DNA of 64,000 nt from NCBI GenBank assembly GCA_002503055.1, contig DAQX01000007.1:4633-68632 (forward strand), in the 5' to 3' direction. Position 1 is the stretch's first letter, and each line of letters begins with the position of its first letter. Shown in pieces: positions 28,655-37,930 of the stretch. The translations under genes were made by a program, and so were the position numbers. Source of the DNA: Euryarchaeota archaeon UBA86. Its GTDB lineage: Archaea > Thermoplasmatota > Poseidoniia > Poseidoniales > Thalassarchaeaceae. The notes under the pieces are model-generated. The model made no database searches and had not been told where the DNA came from. It saw only the letters and a program-made list of their open reading frames with translations.

Positions 28655-29410
28655 ATGCCTTGGAAGATATGGAAATCAAGTTGGACCAGACGCCACATGA
28701 TGGGCGGAAATTGGTTCCCCTTGGAGATGTTTCTAGTAGGCCTAATATGTGTCGCAGTGCCTTACTTTACTTCGAATAACATTGCAGAATATTACCTCAG
28801 TACAGTTTGGGATCCTGAGATTGCTCTAGACAGGGATATACCTGTAATCAATTGGATGATTATTCCCTACGCAGCATTATACTTGTTCTATCCCGCGACT
28901 CTGGTACTTTGCCCCAAAGATGATCGAGGCAGGTTAGAACTACTTCTCGCAATGCAAGGCCTAATTCTGGTGACAATTTTCTGTGTTGTAATCTTCCTAG
29001 TTTTACCCGCTGAGATTGACCTACGATGGCAATTGGATGAGCACTGGGTTGACCACCCTCTAAACGGAATAGAGACAGCATTGTATGGGTTCATCCACTT
29101 CTCAGATAATCCCTGGAATGCATGGCCTAGTCTGCACATTGTTCACTCTTACTTACTGGCTAGGATGATTACTCTGTGGGTTATCCGTGAACATGGGGAG
29201 AAACCCTTTGCGAAGGCATTCCTAGCAATCCTGTGGGTCGAGTATGTTCTGCTATGCGGCAGCATCTTGACTACCAAACAGCATTACCTGTGGGATTTAG
29301 TAGCCGGACTAATCGTAGCCGTATTTGCATGGAAACTGTTCGAGTATGCTCTCAGCCTTGCTGACCGAAACACACCAGAAGAGGTCGCCAAGGAAGCCGG
29401 TTGGACCTAA
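28655..29410 (+). CDS. PAP2 superfamily (Aur1/Ipt1-like) membrane phosphatase/phosphotransferase
   Basis: LDRDIP, NAWPSLH, TKQHYLWD; multiple TM segments; start set at ATG 28655. Confidence 0.8.
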   Translation: MPWKIWKSSWTRRHMMGGNWFPLEMFLVGLICVAVPYFTSNNIAEYYLSTVWDPEIALDRDIPVINWMIIPYAALYLFYPATLVLCPKDDRGRLELLLAMQGLILVTIFCVVIFLVLPAEIDLRWQLDEHWVDHPLNGIETALYGFIHFSDNPWNAWPSLHIVHSYLLARMITLWVIREHGEKPFAKAFLAILWVEYVLLCGSILTTKQHYLWDLVAGLIVAVFAWKLFEYALSLADRNTPEEVAKEAGWT

Positions 29411-31531
29411 TCAGTTGTGCACTAGAGTCAGGTAGCCGTTCGCAGCACTCTCGCACGCATTCGCCACATCGTCAAGTCTCTGTAGTACTCTGTACATGTG
29501 TACTGCTGCTAGAGCATCTTCCTCACCAGAGGTGAAGACGAACCCGGCAGCCCGACTCTCGACCAAGTCAGCCTCATGCTCGGCTAGATTGACTTGATCA
29601 ATCAACTCTCCAAGCCTCTGCCGTCCAGCCCTAGTATAGCCAGACAATGTTAGGTCACGAAGCTCCGCTACTGTGTCCTCATAGACCGCAGCAGTCTTTG
29701 CGACAGCCCCTGCCATTTCCTTCAGCAGTTCTCTAGCTTCAGAGTTATCATACAGTGGCCTGAATGATAACTGCTCTGCAACATTCTGCGCATAGTCTGC
29801 AATCCTGTCTTGGCGAGCCAACATGTGGAAGAATTCATCCGGACTGGTTAGGAAATTCCACTTGCCAGCACCAACCTTGACCCTGAGGTCATTCTTGATG
29901 TTGTCAGCCTTCAACTCGGCTTCGTTGGTTGCCTGAATCGCAGCACTTGCATCCTTGCCATCCGCTGCTGCATTGACTGCCTCCAACATGTGGTTGACGG
30001 TCTCTTCTACGGCCTCGGCGTGAGTGTGGAAGAGCTCGAAGTAGGTTGGTGCACCCTTCTCTGCTTCACCACCGGCATCTGCTAGAGCATCATCGACGAA
30101 CACTTCACTTTCCCTAGTTGCCCACATCACATATCCTACCATTAGGAAGGAAATAGGTATGATTACAAGGAGGTTGAGTGGATCTGATCCAGATGCCACA
30201 TAGATTACCACAGAACCGAATCCTGCTGCGGGCAGACTGGCTACCCAGGAAGCAACGATCTTCCCGAAAACTCTGAAATCGACATTCTTGGCCCCTCCGG
30301 CCAATCCAACTCCAACCACTGAACCTACCAAGGTGTGAGTAGTCGATACAGGAACAGCTAGGAATGGCATTGAGAATATCAGAATCGTGGTCGCAGCACC
30401 GAATTCTGCGGCGAAACCCCGAGTAGGTGTGATGTCAGTAATCTTGTGACCAATGGTGTCCATAACTCTCCATCCCCATGTCATCACACCGATTGCAATA
30501 CCGGCACTTCCTAGCAGAACTAGCCAAGTGGGAACATCCGCCTTGGCTGCCAATTCTCCTCCACTCGAGAGGACTTGGTAGACAGCAGCCATCGGGCCAA
30601 TTGCATTCGATCGATCATTTGCCCCGTGTGCGAATGCGACATATGCAGCAGTGATAACCTGTAGCCAGACGAAGATTCGCTCGACACCATGGAAACCATC
30701 CTGCTCTCCCTTGAACTCGTAATTCCTCAGAACATATGCTAGAATGCCCGAAGAAATAATCGCGATTACTAGAGCTAGAACGATGCTATTCATTGGAATC
30801 CAAGCATTATCTGCCAACGGGTCCCAACTACCGTTCTCCTTGACTGGTAACCAGTCATACTTGTCCTCAATCCAGCCATTACTCTCTGCTCTAGAGAAGA
30901 ATCCTTTCAGAGCCTTGAATTGGAGTGCGATTCCGAGAACGAAGAAAGTAGGGATGGCTAGGATAGGTGCTAGCCATTTTGACCTCTCAATTGGATTTTC
31001 AGCCTCGAGAATTGAACCTCGAACAATGTAGAATGTGAAGAAAGCCAGCAGACCTCCCATCAGAGGGCTTGCGACCCAAGACATGACGACCTTCTGAATA
31101 ACCTCCCAGTCGATTAGCGAAGTGCTATGTTGCACTTCTAGTACAAGTCCAGCACCTACTATACCTCCAATGATGCTATGGGTAGTGGAAACTGGAAGTC
31201 CTAGCCTGGTAGCAATCGTGAGCCAGACTGCAGCTGCCATCATTGCAGCGATGAATGCATACATCAGATCATTAGCGAATTCATTGGTGACTGTATCGAA
31301 GTCTACTGAGAGAATGCCCTTACGAACCGTATCGGTAACCGCATCTCCTGCGAAAAACGCTCCAGCGAACTCGAATACGGCTGCAACAATCACAGCTTGC
31401 TTCAATGTCAATGCACGTGAACCAACCGAAGTTCCCATAGCATTGGCAACATCGTTGGCACCGATGTTCCAGGCCATATAGGCACAAACTACGAGCGATA
31501 AAATCAGGACGAGCGTCATTATGGGTTCCAT
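29411..31531 (-). CDS. Inorganic phosphate transporter (PiT family) fused to a C-terminal DUF47/PhoU-like domain
   Basis: GANDVAN, PVSTTH twice, HGAND; soluble C-terminus with EAELKADNIK, QDRIAD, EHEAD, LDDVANACE. Confidence 0.9.
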   Translation of the reverse strand: MEPIMTLVLILSLVVCAYMAWNIGANDVANAMGTSVGSRALTLKQAVIVAAVFEFAGAFFAGDAVTDTVRKGILSVDFDTVTNEFANDLMYAFIAAMMAAAVWLTIATRLGLPVSTTHSIIGGIVGAGLVLEVQHSTSLIDWEVIQKVVMSWVASPLMGGLLAFFTFYIVRGSILEAENPIERSKWLAPILAIPTFFVLGIALQFKALKGFFSRAESNGWIEDKYDWLPVKENGSWDPLADNAWIPMNSIVLALVIAIISSGILAYVLRNYEFKGEQDGFHGVERIFVWLQVITAAYVAFAHGANDRSNAIGPMAAVYQVLSSGGELAAKADVPTWLVLLGSAGIAIGVMTWGWRVMDTIGHKITDITPTRGFAAEFGAATTILIFSMPFLAVPVSTTHTLVGSVVGVGLAGGAKNVDFRVFGKIVASWVASLPAAGFGSVVIYVASGSDPLNLLVIIPISFLMVGYVMWATRESEVFVDDALADAGGEAEKGAPTYFELFHTHAEAVEETVNHMLEAVNAAADGKDASAAIQATNEAELKADNIKNDLRVKVGAGKWNFLTSPDEFFHMLARQDRIADYAQNVAEQLSFRPLYDNSEARELLKEMAGAVAKTAAVYEDTVAELRDLTLSGYTRAGRQRLGELIDQVNLAEHEADLVESRAAGFVFTSGEEDALAAVHMYRVLQRLDDVANACESAANGYLTLVHN

Positions 31532-31570
31532 TGCGGCGACCGCACCGCTAAGGGTACTTGATAGAGAAGT

Positions 31571-31603
31571 TGCGTAATCTATATAGTAATAATTAGATTC
31601 GCA
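31571..31603. promoter_or_regulatory. AT-rich dyad-symmetric element between divergent PiT and PhoU-type regulator genes (candidate operator/promoter)
   Basis: TGCG-T-AATCTA...TAGATT-CGCA inverted repeat overlapping the palindrome CTATATAG (31579-31586). Confidence 0.4.
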
Positions 31604-31608
31604 GTTTT

Positions 31609-32646
31609 ATGCCCATAGGACCAGGTGAGCAAGATGTCCGTAGACTGCAACTGACGGGCGGTTCTACATACACGATGAGCCTGCCTAAGCCGTGGATTAT
31701 TTCGAACAACCTCTCTGCTAGAGATGGAATCCGTGTTGAATGGAGGGCATCGGGCGAACTTTCTCTAACGCCATTGGACGAGGCCAGTGAGGACAAAACA
31801 ATCGTTAAACTGAATCTAAATGATATTCCAGAAGGTGCACTCTACGATCACCTGATGGGAGCATACCTTTCTGGGTCTCAAGAAGTATCTATCTTCAGCG
31901 AGAATTCATTCAGCAGAGAGGATCGTAGCGAGATACGCAGGTTCCTACGCTCCACTAGGGGTTTTGAGATTGGAGAGGAGTCGGAGAGTAGTATGAATCT
32001 AATTAGTCTCCTGAACGCTGGAGAACTCCCTTTACACGCAAGTCTGAACCGAATGTATCTGCTGTTAACTTCCTTAGTTCGCGATACATTCGAAGTTCTC
32101 ACCGGATCCAATGAAGAACTGATTTCCGATTTTGAGGAGCGCGAGAGGGAAGTTGATGGTCTACACTACCTGATTGAAAGGCAAGTTGGAGCAATGCTTG
32201 ATTCGCAACAGGTCTCAAGATCCCTTGGACTGAGTAGAAAAGAAGGCGTTGAACATACCAATCTAGCAAGATCACTTGAGAGAATGATGGACCACGCCCA
32301 CGAGATGGCCCGACTAGCCTTGGAGACTAATCCCCGACCTAGTCTGAGGCCCGATGAATATCCACTATCTTTATTGTCGGTCTGGATGGATGCGTTGAAG
32401 ACTCTGATGATCAATCTGAGGACACATGACGCTTACCAAATAGAGACAGCAAGAAATTCTTTGAAGGCTGCACAATTGGCATTGAAAGAACACGAAGAAG
32501 GCCTTTGGTCCGGTAGAAGGAAAGCATCCTCACTCCTGTTCGAGGATAGAATTTCTGAGTCCATTCGCAGAATTTGTGCCTATTCTAGGGATTTTGGAGA
32601 GATTCTACTCAACATGATTGCATACGACTCTATGCAGCGCCAATGA
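31609..32646 (+). CDS. phoU: Phosphate uptake regulator, AbrB-PhoU type
   Basis: RRLQLTGGSTYTMSLPKPW AbrB-like N-terminus; PhoU repeats EREVD, LERMMDH, IRRICAY. Confidence 0.88.
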   Translation: MPIGPGEQDVRRLQLTGGSTYTMSLPKPWIISNNLSARDGIRVEWRASGELSLTPLDEASEDKTIVKLNLNDIPEGALYDHLMGAYLSGSQEVSIFSENSFSREDRSEIRRFLRSTRGFEIGEESESSMNLISLLNAGELPLHASLNRMYLLLTSLVRDTFEVLTGSNEELISDFEEREREVDGLHYLIERQVGAMLDSQQVSRSLGLSRKEGVEHTNLARSLERMMDHAHEMARLALETNPRPSLRPDEYPLSLLSVWMDALKTLMINLRTHDAYQIETARNSLKAAQLALKEHEEGLWSGRRKASSLLFEDRISESIRRICAYSRDFGEILLNMIAYDSMQRQ

Positions 32647-32649
32647 TAT

Positions 32650-34095
32650 CTAGAGAAGTGCAGTAACTTGCTCTGGCTGAGTCAGGTAGACTAGCAGACC
32701 TAGTCCTGCAAACATCATCATCCAAGCACCAGTTGCCTTTACTATGCCAGTTGACTGACGCAGGAAGTCAAGCATCGATTGCCTACCCATGCCCACTAGG
32801 GCAGTAACCGCCACCATCAGCAGTGTCACTGAGAGAATCAGCCCCGTCATGCCGAAAATGAATGCACCATCTCCTACAACAGCTAGCCAAGCTACGAACG
32901 GGAATACTGCAGCTGCCGTACAGTCCACTGAAGCAGCGCTGTAGCCTATGCCCCAGAGGAACATGTTTCGTCTAGGGGTAAATTGTTCGTCAGTCTCTGT
33001 AGTTTGGTATCGGTCCAGAATTCCTTGTACCCAGTTCAGCAGGTGTGATGTCCACCCAAGCAACATGAGGCTGCCTAGAATCAGAAGTAGCCATGCAATC
33101 AATATCGCAATATCATGTAGAACACCAGAGAGGTTGATGATTCCATCAAGTCCGAAGATGATGGCGCCGATTACACCGAAGAAAGTCAATTGCCCAAGAG
33201 CAGCATATCCTCCAACCTCGATAGGCTTAGGCATTCTTCCAGATAGTCTACCTGCCTCTCGCAACTCGTCTTCCCTCATTCCGAGATTTAGGTAGTAGGT
33301 GATGTAAGATGGAAGAACAGGGAAGGCACATGGAGAGAAGTATACTAGAATTCCCAGAAAGAGGCCGATTACGAACACACCTGTGAGAGATCGATCCGCC
33401 TTCTCTAGACCAAATCGCAAATCTTCAGCATCGCCAGAATTAGCCCTTGCTATAGCCGAATCAAATGAACTCCAACCATCCAAAGGCGTACCTGTACTCT
33501 CCTTGGCAACAACATATCCTTCATGATCTACTACGATTACTATGGGCAAATCAAAAGCCGAGTAATATTCTGCCAAATCGCCTCTAGATCCATCTTCTAA
33601 GATTACAACTTCCGAACCACTATTTGCCACAGGCCAAGACATGTGCTTATCAGAATCCAAATCGCCAAATGTCCTGTTTATACGGTCGAATGATTCGTAC
33701 CAATACCAAGTCGCTACAGAAAGTACAATGACATTATGAGGGCCTTCAAGAGACCCCCAATCGTCCAAATTCTGTTCGATATGAGTCTGGACATAATGGC
33801 AATTTGCGCAGTCTATTGCCATGAAATCGATTACAACCACATTACCTCTCAAATCAGATAGTCTGACCATACCATTCTCGTCTGCGACGACATCATCAAT
33901 TCCGGTTCGATTCATCGTTTCTACTTCAAAGTCAGGAACTGGTACCACTTCATCAGATACTCCGTAAGCTGATGCTGAAAGTCCGAATAATGTCAGAGAT
34001 GAGTACCCAATTATGCAGAAGAGCACAACCCCAATTCCGAATGCCTGCCATGTCTCTTTTTCACGCAGGACACCGAAGTCAAGACCTGCGAACAT
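32650..34095 (-). CDS. Redoxin domain fused to a CcdA/DsbD transmembrane domain
   Basis: VVIDFMAIDCANC; FSPCAFPVLP and SVDCTAAVF Cys pair in the TM domain. Confidence 0.85.
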   Translation of the reverse strand: MFAGLDFGVLREKETWQAFGIGVVLFCIIGYSSLTLFGLSASAYGVSDEVVPVPDFEVETMNRTGIDDVVADENGMVRLSDLRGNVVVIDFMAIDCANCHYVQTHIEQNLDDWGSLEGPHNVIVLSVATWYWYESFDRINRTFGDLDSDKHMSWPVANSGSEVVILEDGSRGDLAEYYSAFDLPIVIVVDHEGYVVAKESTGTPLDGWSSFDSAIARANSGDAEDLRFGLEKADRSLTGVFVIGLFLGILVYFSPCAFPVLPSYITYYLNLGMREDELREAGRLSGRMPKPIEVGGYAALGQLTFFGVIGAIIFGLDGIINLSGVLHDIAILIAWLLLILGSLMLLGWTSHLLNWVQGILDRYQTTETDEQFTPRRNMFLWGIGYSAASVDCTAAAVFPFVAWLAVVGDGAFIFGMTGLILSVTLLMVAVTALVGMGRQSMLDFLRQSTGIVKATGAWMMMFAGLGLLVYLTQPEQVTALL

Positions 34096-34193
34096 GATTC
34101 GCGGAATTGGGACAGACTTTTGATTCCGGCGGGGATTCTGCTCTTGATGAAGTCATCATGCTTATTGCCAAATTAGACTGCCAAGAAGACATA

Positions 34194-34269
34194 GGGCTCG
34201 TGGTCTAGGGGTTATGACGTCGCCTTCACATGGCGAAGATCGCAGGTTCAATTCCTGCCGAGCCCACCA
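34194..34269 (+). tRNA. tRNA-Val(CAC)
   Basis: GGGCTCG/CGAGCCC acceptor stem, anticodon arm TCGCC-TT-CAC-AT-GGCGA, GGTTCAATTCC T-arm, encoded CCA. Confidence 0.95.
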
Positions 34270-34270
34270 T

Positions 34271-34960
34271 TTAGACTAATTCGTGCAGTAGAGAAGAAGC
34301 CCCGATTCTCAATCTAACAGGACCTTGAATTGAAGAATCTTCTGAGGAGACGATGCTGACCAGCCTGTTCACATCATCCAGAGTGCCAATTCCTCCTGAG
34401 AGCTTTATTCCCGGGCGACTGCCCATAGTCACCCCATGCCTCATGACCTCAAAAGCCAGAATATGTGCAGCCTGATCACTGCATCCTCCACGTTTTCCAG
34501 TACATGTCTTGACGAAGTCAGCACCTGCAGCTAACACCATTCGAGTAGAGGCACGCATACTGTGCTCGTCCAACAAGGGAGTCTCGATAATCACCTTTAG
34601 AACACAATTAGCCGATGCCTCTCTCATCGCTATCAGCATCGCTAACTCAGATTGCCCAGGAGCTTCATCAGATGGCTCGAGAACGCAATCAATCTCGTCG
34701 GCCCCTGCCTCAACTGCTTGCCTAATTGCAGCCGCTACTTGCTCCGGGTCACCGCCACCGACTGGGAAGCCTGCAGCAACAGCACTGATTGAGATCCCCT
34801 CTAATCTCTCTGCAACATAGGAAACATGCTCAGAGAAAACGCACACAGAAGCCGGACGATGCAAGTTAGCTAATCTGCATAATTCATCCAATTCGGATTC
34901 ACTTGCATTGAGATCGAGTAGAGTCAAGTCGAGGATATCTAGTGCCTCGCGCGCATCCAT
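34271..34960 (-). CDS. deoC: Deoxyribose-phosphate aldolase
   Basis: LDLTLL, GFPVG, GADEID, LKVIIET, DFVKTCTG, IKLSGG. Confidence 0.88.
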   Translation of the reverse strand: MDAREALDILDLTLLDLNASESELDELCRLANLHRPASVCVFSEHVSYVAERLEGISISAVAAGFPVGGGDPEQVAAAIRQAVEAGADEIDCVLEPSDEAPGQSELAMLIAMREASANCVLKVIIETPLLDEHSMRASTRMVLAAGADFVKTCTGKRGGCSDQAAHILAFEVMRHGVTMGSRPGIKLSGGIGTLDDVNRLVSIVSSEDSSIQGPVRLRIGASSLLHELV

Positions 34961-34968
34961 GTTCTCTC

Positions 34969-36060
34969 TCACCCGTGACGCGACTCAAAGTCACGCATGA
35001 ATCCAACCAAAGTCTCCACACTCTCTATTGGGCAACCGTTGTACATGCTCGCTCTAATTCCTCCTACGCTACGGTGCCCCTTGAGCCCACCCAGTCCAGA
35101 ATCATTAGCCTCATTCAGGAAGTCGCCCTCTAGTTCGGTATTGGATAGACGCCATGTGACATTCATCACCGAACGAGATCCACCATGTGCATGAGGTCTC
35201 CAGAAGTCACTCCTATCCAATTCATTGTACAACAGTGAGGCCTTAGCACGATTTCTTTCAACAGCACCCTCTAGGCCACCATTTCGCTCGACCCAATCTA
35301 GTACTTTGTCAAGGACGAAGATGCCGAAGGTGTTGGGCGTATTGAACATCGATCCCTTGGCCGCGTGAGTTCGGTAATCGAGCATCGTGGGTAATCCATC
35401 ATGACATCTCGATAAAGCCCAAGGAGACAAGATTGCCAGAGTTACTCCACTAGGGCCGAGATTCTTCTGCGCACCGGCGTAGATTAGGTCATGCTCCGAG
35501 ACATCCAATGGGACACCGCAGATATCCGAACTAGCATCAACTACTCTGGGTTTACCAGCACTATCTGGGAGATGATGAAATTGCGTTCCGAACAAGGTAT
35601 TGTTCGAGGTATAGTGAACATAATCTGCATCGGCTCTGATAGAGTAATCACCGTCCGAGGGAACAGATCTGAAATTTTCGTCCGAACCGTCCCAAGCAGC
35701 AACGCAGTCTCCAACTCTCTTGGCCTCCTTGAGGGCCTTCTCCGACCATGTTCCTGATACCAGATAGTCGGCCTTGCCTCCTTCCCCTATCAGGTTCAAT
35801 GCCGTCATGTAGAACTGAGTCGAGGCTCCTCCCTGTAGAAGTAGGACTTCGTAGTCATCAGGTACAGACAACAAACTCCTCACTCTACCAATCGCGGAAT
35901 CGATCACTGCCTGGAAAGTATCTGAGCGATGTGAGACTTCCATGAGGCCAAAACCACTGCCCGATAGATTAGGTAGGGCCTCCGAGACCTCTTGGACTAC
36001 CTCGTAAGGTAGCACAGCCGGCCCAGCACCGAAGTTATGGATGCGACCCTCGGGTTGCAC
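34969..36060 (-). CDS. serC: Phosphoserine aminotransferase (bacterial type)
   Basis: NFGAGPA, EVSHRS, QGGAS, AGAQKNLGP, NTP, GHRSVGGIRAS. Confidence 0.95.
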   Translation of the reverse strand: MQPEGRIHNFGAGPAVLPYEVVQEVSEALPNLSGSGFGLMEVSHRSDTFQAVIDSAIGRVRSLLSVPDDYEVLLLQGGASTQFYMTALNLIGEGGKADYLVSGTWSEKALKEAKRVGDCVAAWDGSDENFRSVPSDGDYSIRADADYVHYTSNNTLFGTQFHHLPDSAGKPRVVDASSDICGVPLDVSEHDLIYAGAQKNLGPSGVTLAILSPWALSRCHDGLPTMLDYRTHAAKGSMFNTPNTFGIFVLDKVLDWVERNGGLEGAVERNRAKASLLYNELDRSDFWRPHAHGGSRSVMNVTWRLSNTELEGDFLNEANDSGLGGLKGHRSVGGIRASMYNGCPIESVETLVGFMRDFESRHG

Positions 36061-36138
36061 AAATCGACGTCTAGGCTTCGGTCTTTCAGTTCATCGGAGG
36101 CGCGACAGAGTAATTTCCGAGTGGCCGGACGCGTTGAC

Positions 36139-36741
36139 ATGCTGCGCATAGGGTTAGTCATGCTACAGGGTGCCAGACATGTTCACATGTCGACCCTACA
36201 GAAGGCTGCTGATGAGTGTGGTATAGAAATCAGTCTTCATGAATTGAGAATGAAATCAGACCTAACCGAGGCCGACCCACATGCGTTGGTTCTTCCCGGG
36301 GGCGAGTCCACTACGATGAGACTGACTGGGAATCATGAGACTTCTAGGCTACTCCCTGCGGTCTTTGATTGGATTCGCAGCGATTTATCCCGTCCCGTCC
36401 TAGGTACCTGCGCTGGCGCAATTCTACTATCGGACCCTCAAGATGGAGGTGATTCTCTTATTCCTGCAAGCATAGATCGGAATGCCTATGGTAGACAGGC
36501 CGAATCTTTCCAGGCCGATGTCTACTCTGAGATACTGGGAAGGGATTTCCCTGGCGTCTTTATTCGAGCCCCTAGATTCGATTCTATTGCTGATTCGGCA
36601 CATGTTGCTGCAACACATGAGGAGGAAGTAGTGGGTATCAGGTATGGCAATAGGCTTGCCCTGACTTTCCACCCAGAACTATCCAATGATACGGGATTTC
36701 ACCGCTGGCTGATTGAGTTAGCCGAGGAGGTGGCAGTATGA
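36139..36741 (+). CDS. pdxT: PLP synthase glutaminase subunit
   Basis: PGGESTT, GTCAG, RNAYGRQ, FIRAP, FHPEL. Confidence 0.93.
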   Translation: MLRIGLVMLQGARHVHMSTLQKAADECGIEISLHELRMKSDLTEADPHALVLPGGESTTMRLTGNHETSRLLPAVFDWIRSDLSRPVLGTCAGAILLSDPQDGGDSLIPASIDRNAYGRQAESFQADVYSEILGRDFPGVFIRAPRFDSIADSAHVAATHEEEVVGIRYGNRLALTFHPELSNDTGFHRWLIELAEEVAV

Positions 36742-37880
36742 GCGTATCTCTACCTATATCACAGATTGAAACTCTACCAGAAGCGGCCGATGAAGGAGAT
36801 TCTGAAGGTTGCATCCAATGTCAGATGGGAAGCAAACTGGTCCTTTTCATAACTGGCAATTGTCACTGGAGGTGTGACTATTGCCCACTGTCTGAAACTC
36901 GTCGCAATATCGACTATATGTTTGCAAATGAGCGACGCTGTGAGAACTTCGATGAAGTCATCGAGGAAGCTAAGGCAATGAGGGCCACTGGTGCTGGAAT
37001 TACTGGCGGAGATCCACTCATGGCGAGAGAGAGGACGCTAGAGGGAATTAGAACTCTGAAAGCAGAGTTCGGCGAGTCATTCCATCTGCACATGTATACG
37101 AGCATCCCGTTCAGAACAGAATGGGCTGCTGAGTTCGCCGAAGCAGGACTCGATGAGATACGCTTCCACTTGCTGGATTTACAATCAGAGGAGTATCGAG
37201 AAGTGATTTCTGCTTGTACTGAGGCTGGTATAGAGACTGGAATTGAACTACCTTGCGAGCCCGATAAGGAGGCCGAGTTAGTACAACTACTCGAGTATTT
37301 ACGAGACTTCAAAATCAATTTCATTAATCTGAATGAGTTAGAGATTACCGTAGGTAATCATGACAACATGGAGCTACGAGGTTTCAATCTTTCAACCGAA
37401 ATTACTGCGGGGGCGAAAGGATCTTCCGAACTAGCTCAGATGCTAAGGAATCGAGTGAATTGTGCGGCCAATGGGTTGCCTGACCCAGTTGACTCAGTTT
37501 TTCGTGAGCCATACGGATTCCATGTCAAATTCTGCACTGCTGTGTACAAGGATGCAGGCCAATTGAGAAGGAGATTTGAGCGTAGAGGCGAGGCTACTAT
37601 CTCTCCCCACGAGACTCTAACTGAGGATTCTACACTAATGTTTGGAGCAGTCTATGCTTCTGCTGGAAATCAAGCAGATTGGATTGAGGAGATTGCTGAG
37701 ATTACTGGACTTCCCAGTAGATTCATGCTCTGGGACTCGGATGAAGGCCGAATTGAGTTGCCACTAGTTATTGCAGAATCAATTGCCGATGAGGTAGATG
37801 CACCTGTAGCAATGGTCGAAGTCACTCCTACCTTTGATAGGATGGAAGTTACAGTAGTCTGGCTCAATGATTCAAACTGA
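36738..37880 (+). CDS. Radical SAM protein (uncharacterised archaeal family)
   Basis: GCIQCQMG plus CHWRCDYC (CX3CX2C), ITGGDP, HLHMYT, GLDEIRFH. Confidence 0.88.
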   Translation: MSVSLPISQIETLPEAADEGDSEGCIQCQMGSKLVLFITGNCHWRCDYCPLSETRRNIDYMFANERRCENFDEVIEEAKAMRATGAGITGGDPLMARERTLEGIRTLKAEFGESFHLHMYTSIPFRTEWAAEFAEAGLDEIRFHLLDLQSEEYREVISACTEAGIETGIELPCEPDKEAELVQLLEYLRDFKINFINLNELEITVGNHDNMELRGFNLSTEITAGAKGSSELAQMLRNRVNCAANGLPDPVDSVFREPYGFHVKFCTAVYKDAGQLRRRFERRGEATISPHETLTEDSTLMFGAVYASAGNQADWIEEIAEITGLPSRFMLWDSDEGRIELPLVIAESIADEVDAPVAMVEVTPTFDRMEVTVVWLNDSN

Positions 37881-37930
37881 TTCTGTAGTTCTTCGTTGGG
37901 TTCATAGGGCCTCGGCTCAGACTCCATGTC

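Noticed and set aside
34145-34162. TGATGA/TCATCA inverted repeat resembling a C box of a C/D sRNA
   Set aside because: No suitably placed CTGA D box on either strand; it lies in the tRNA promoter region.
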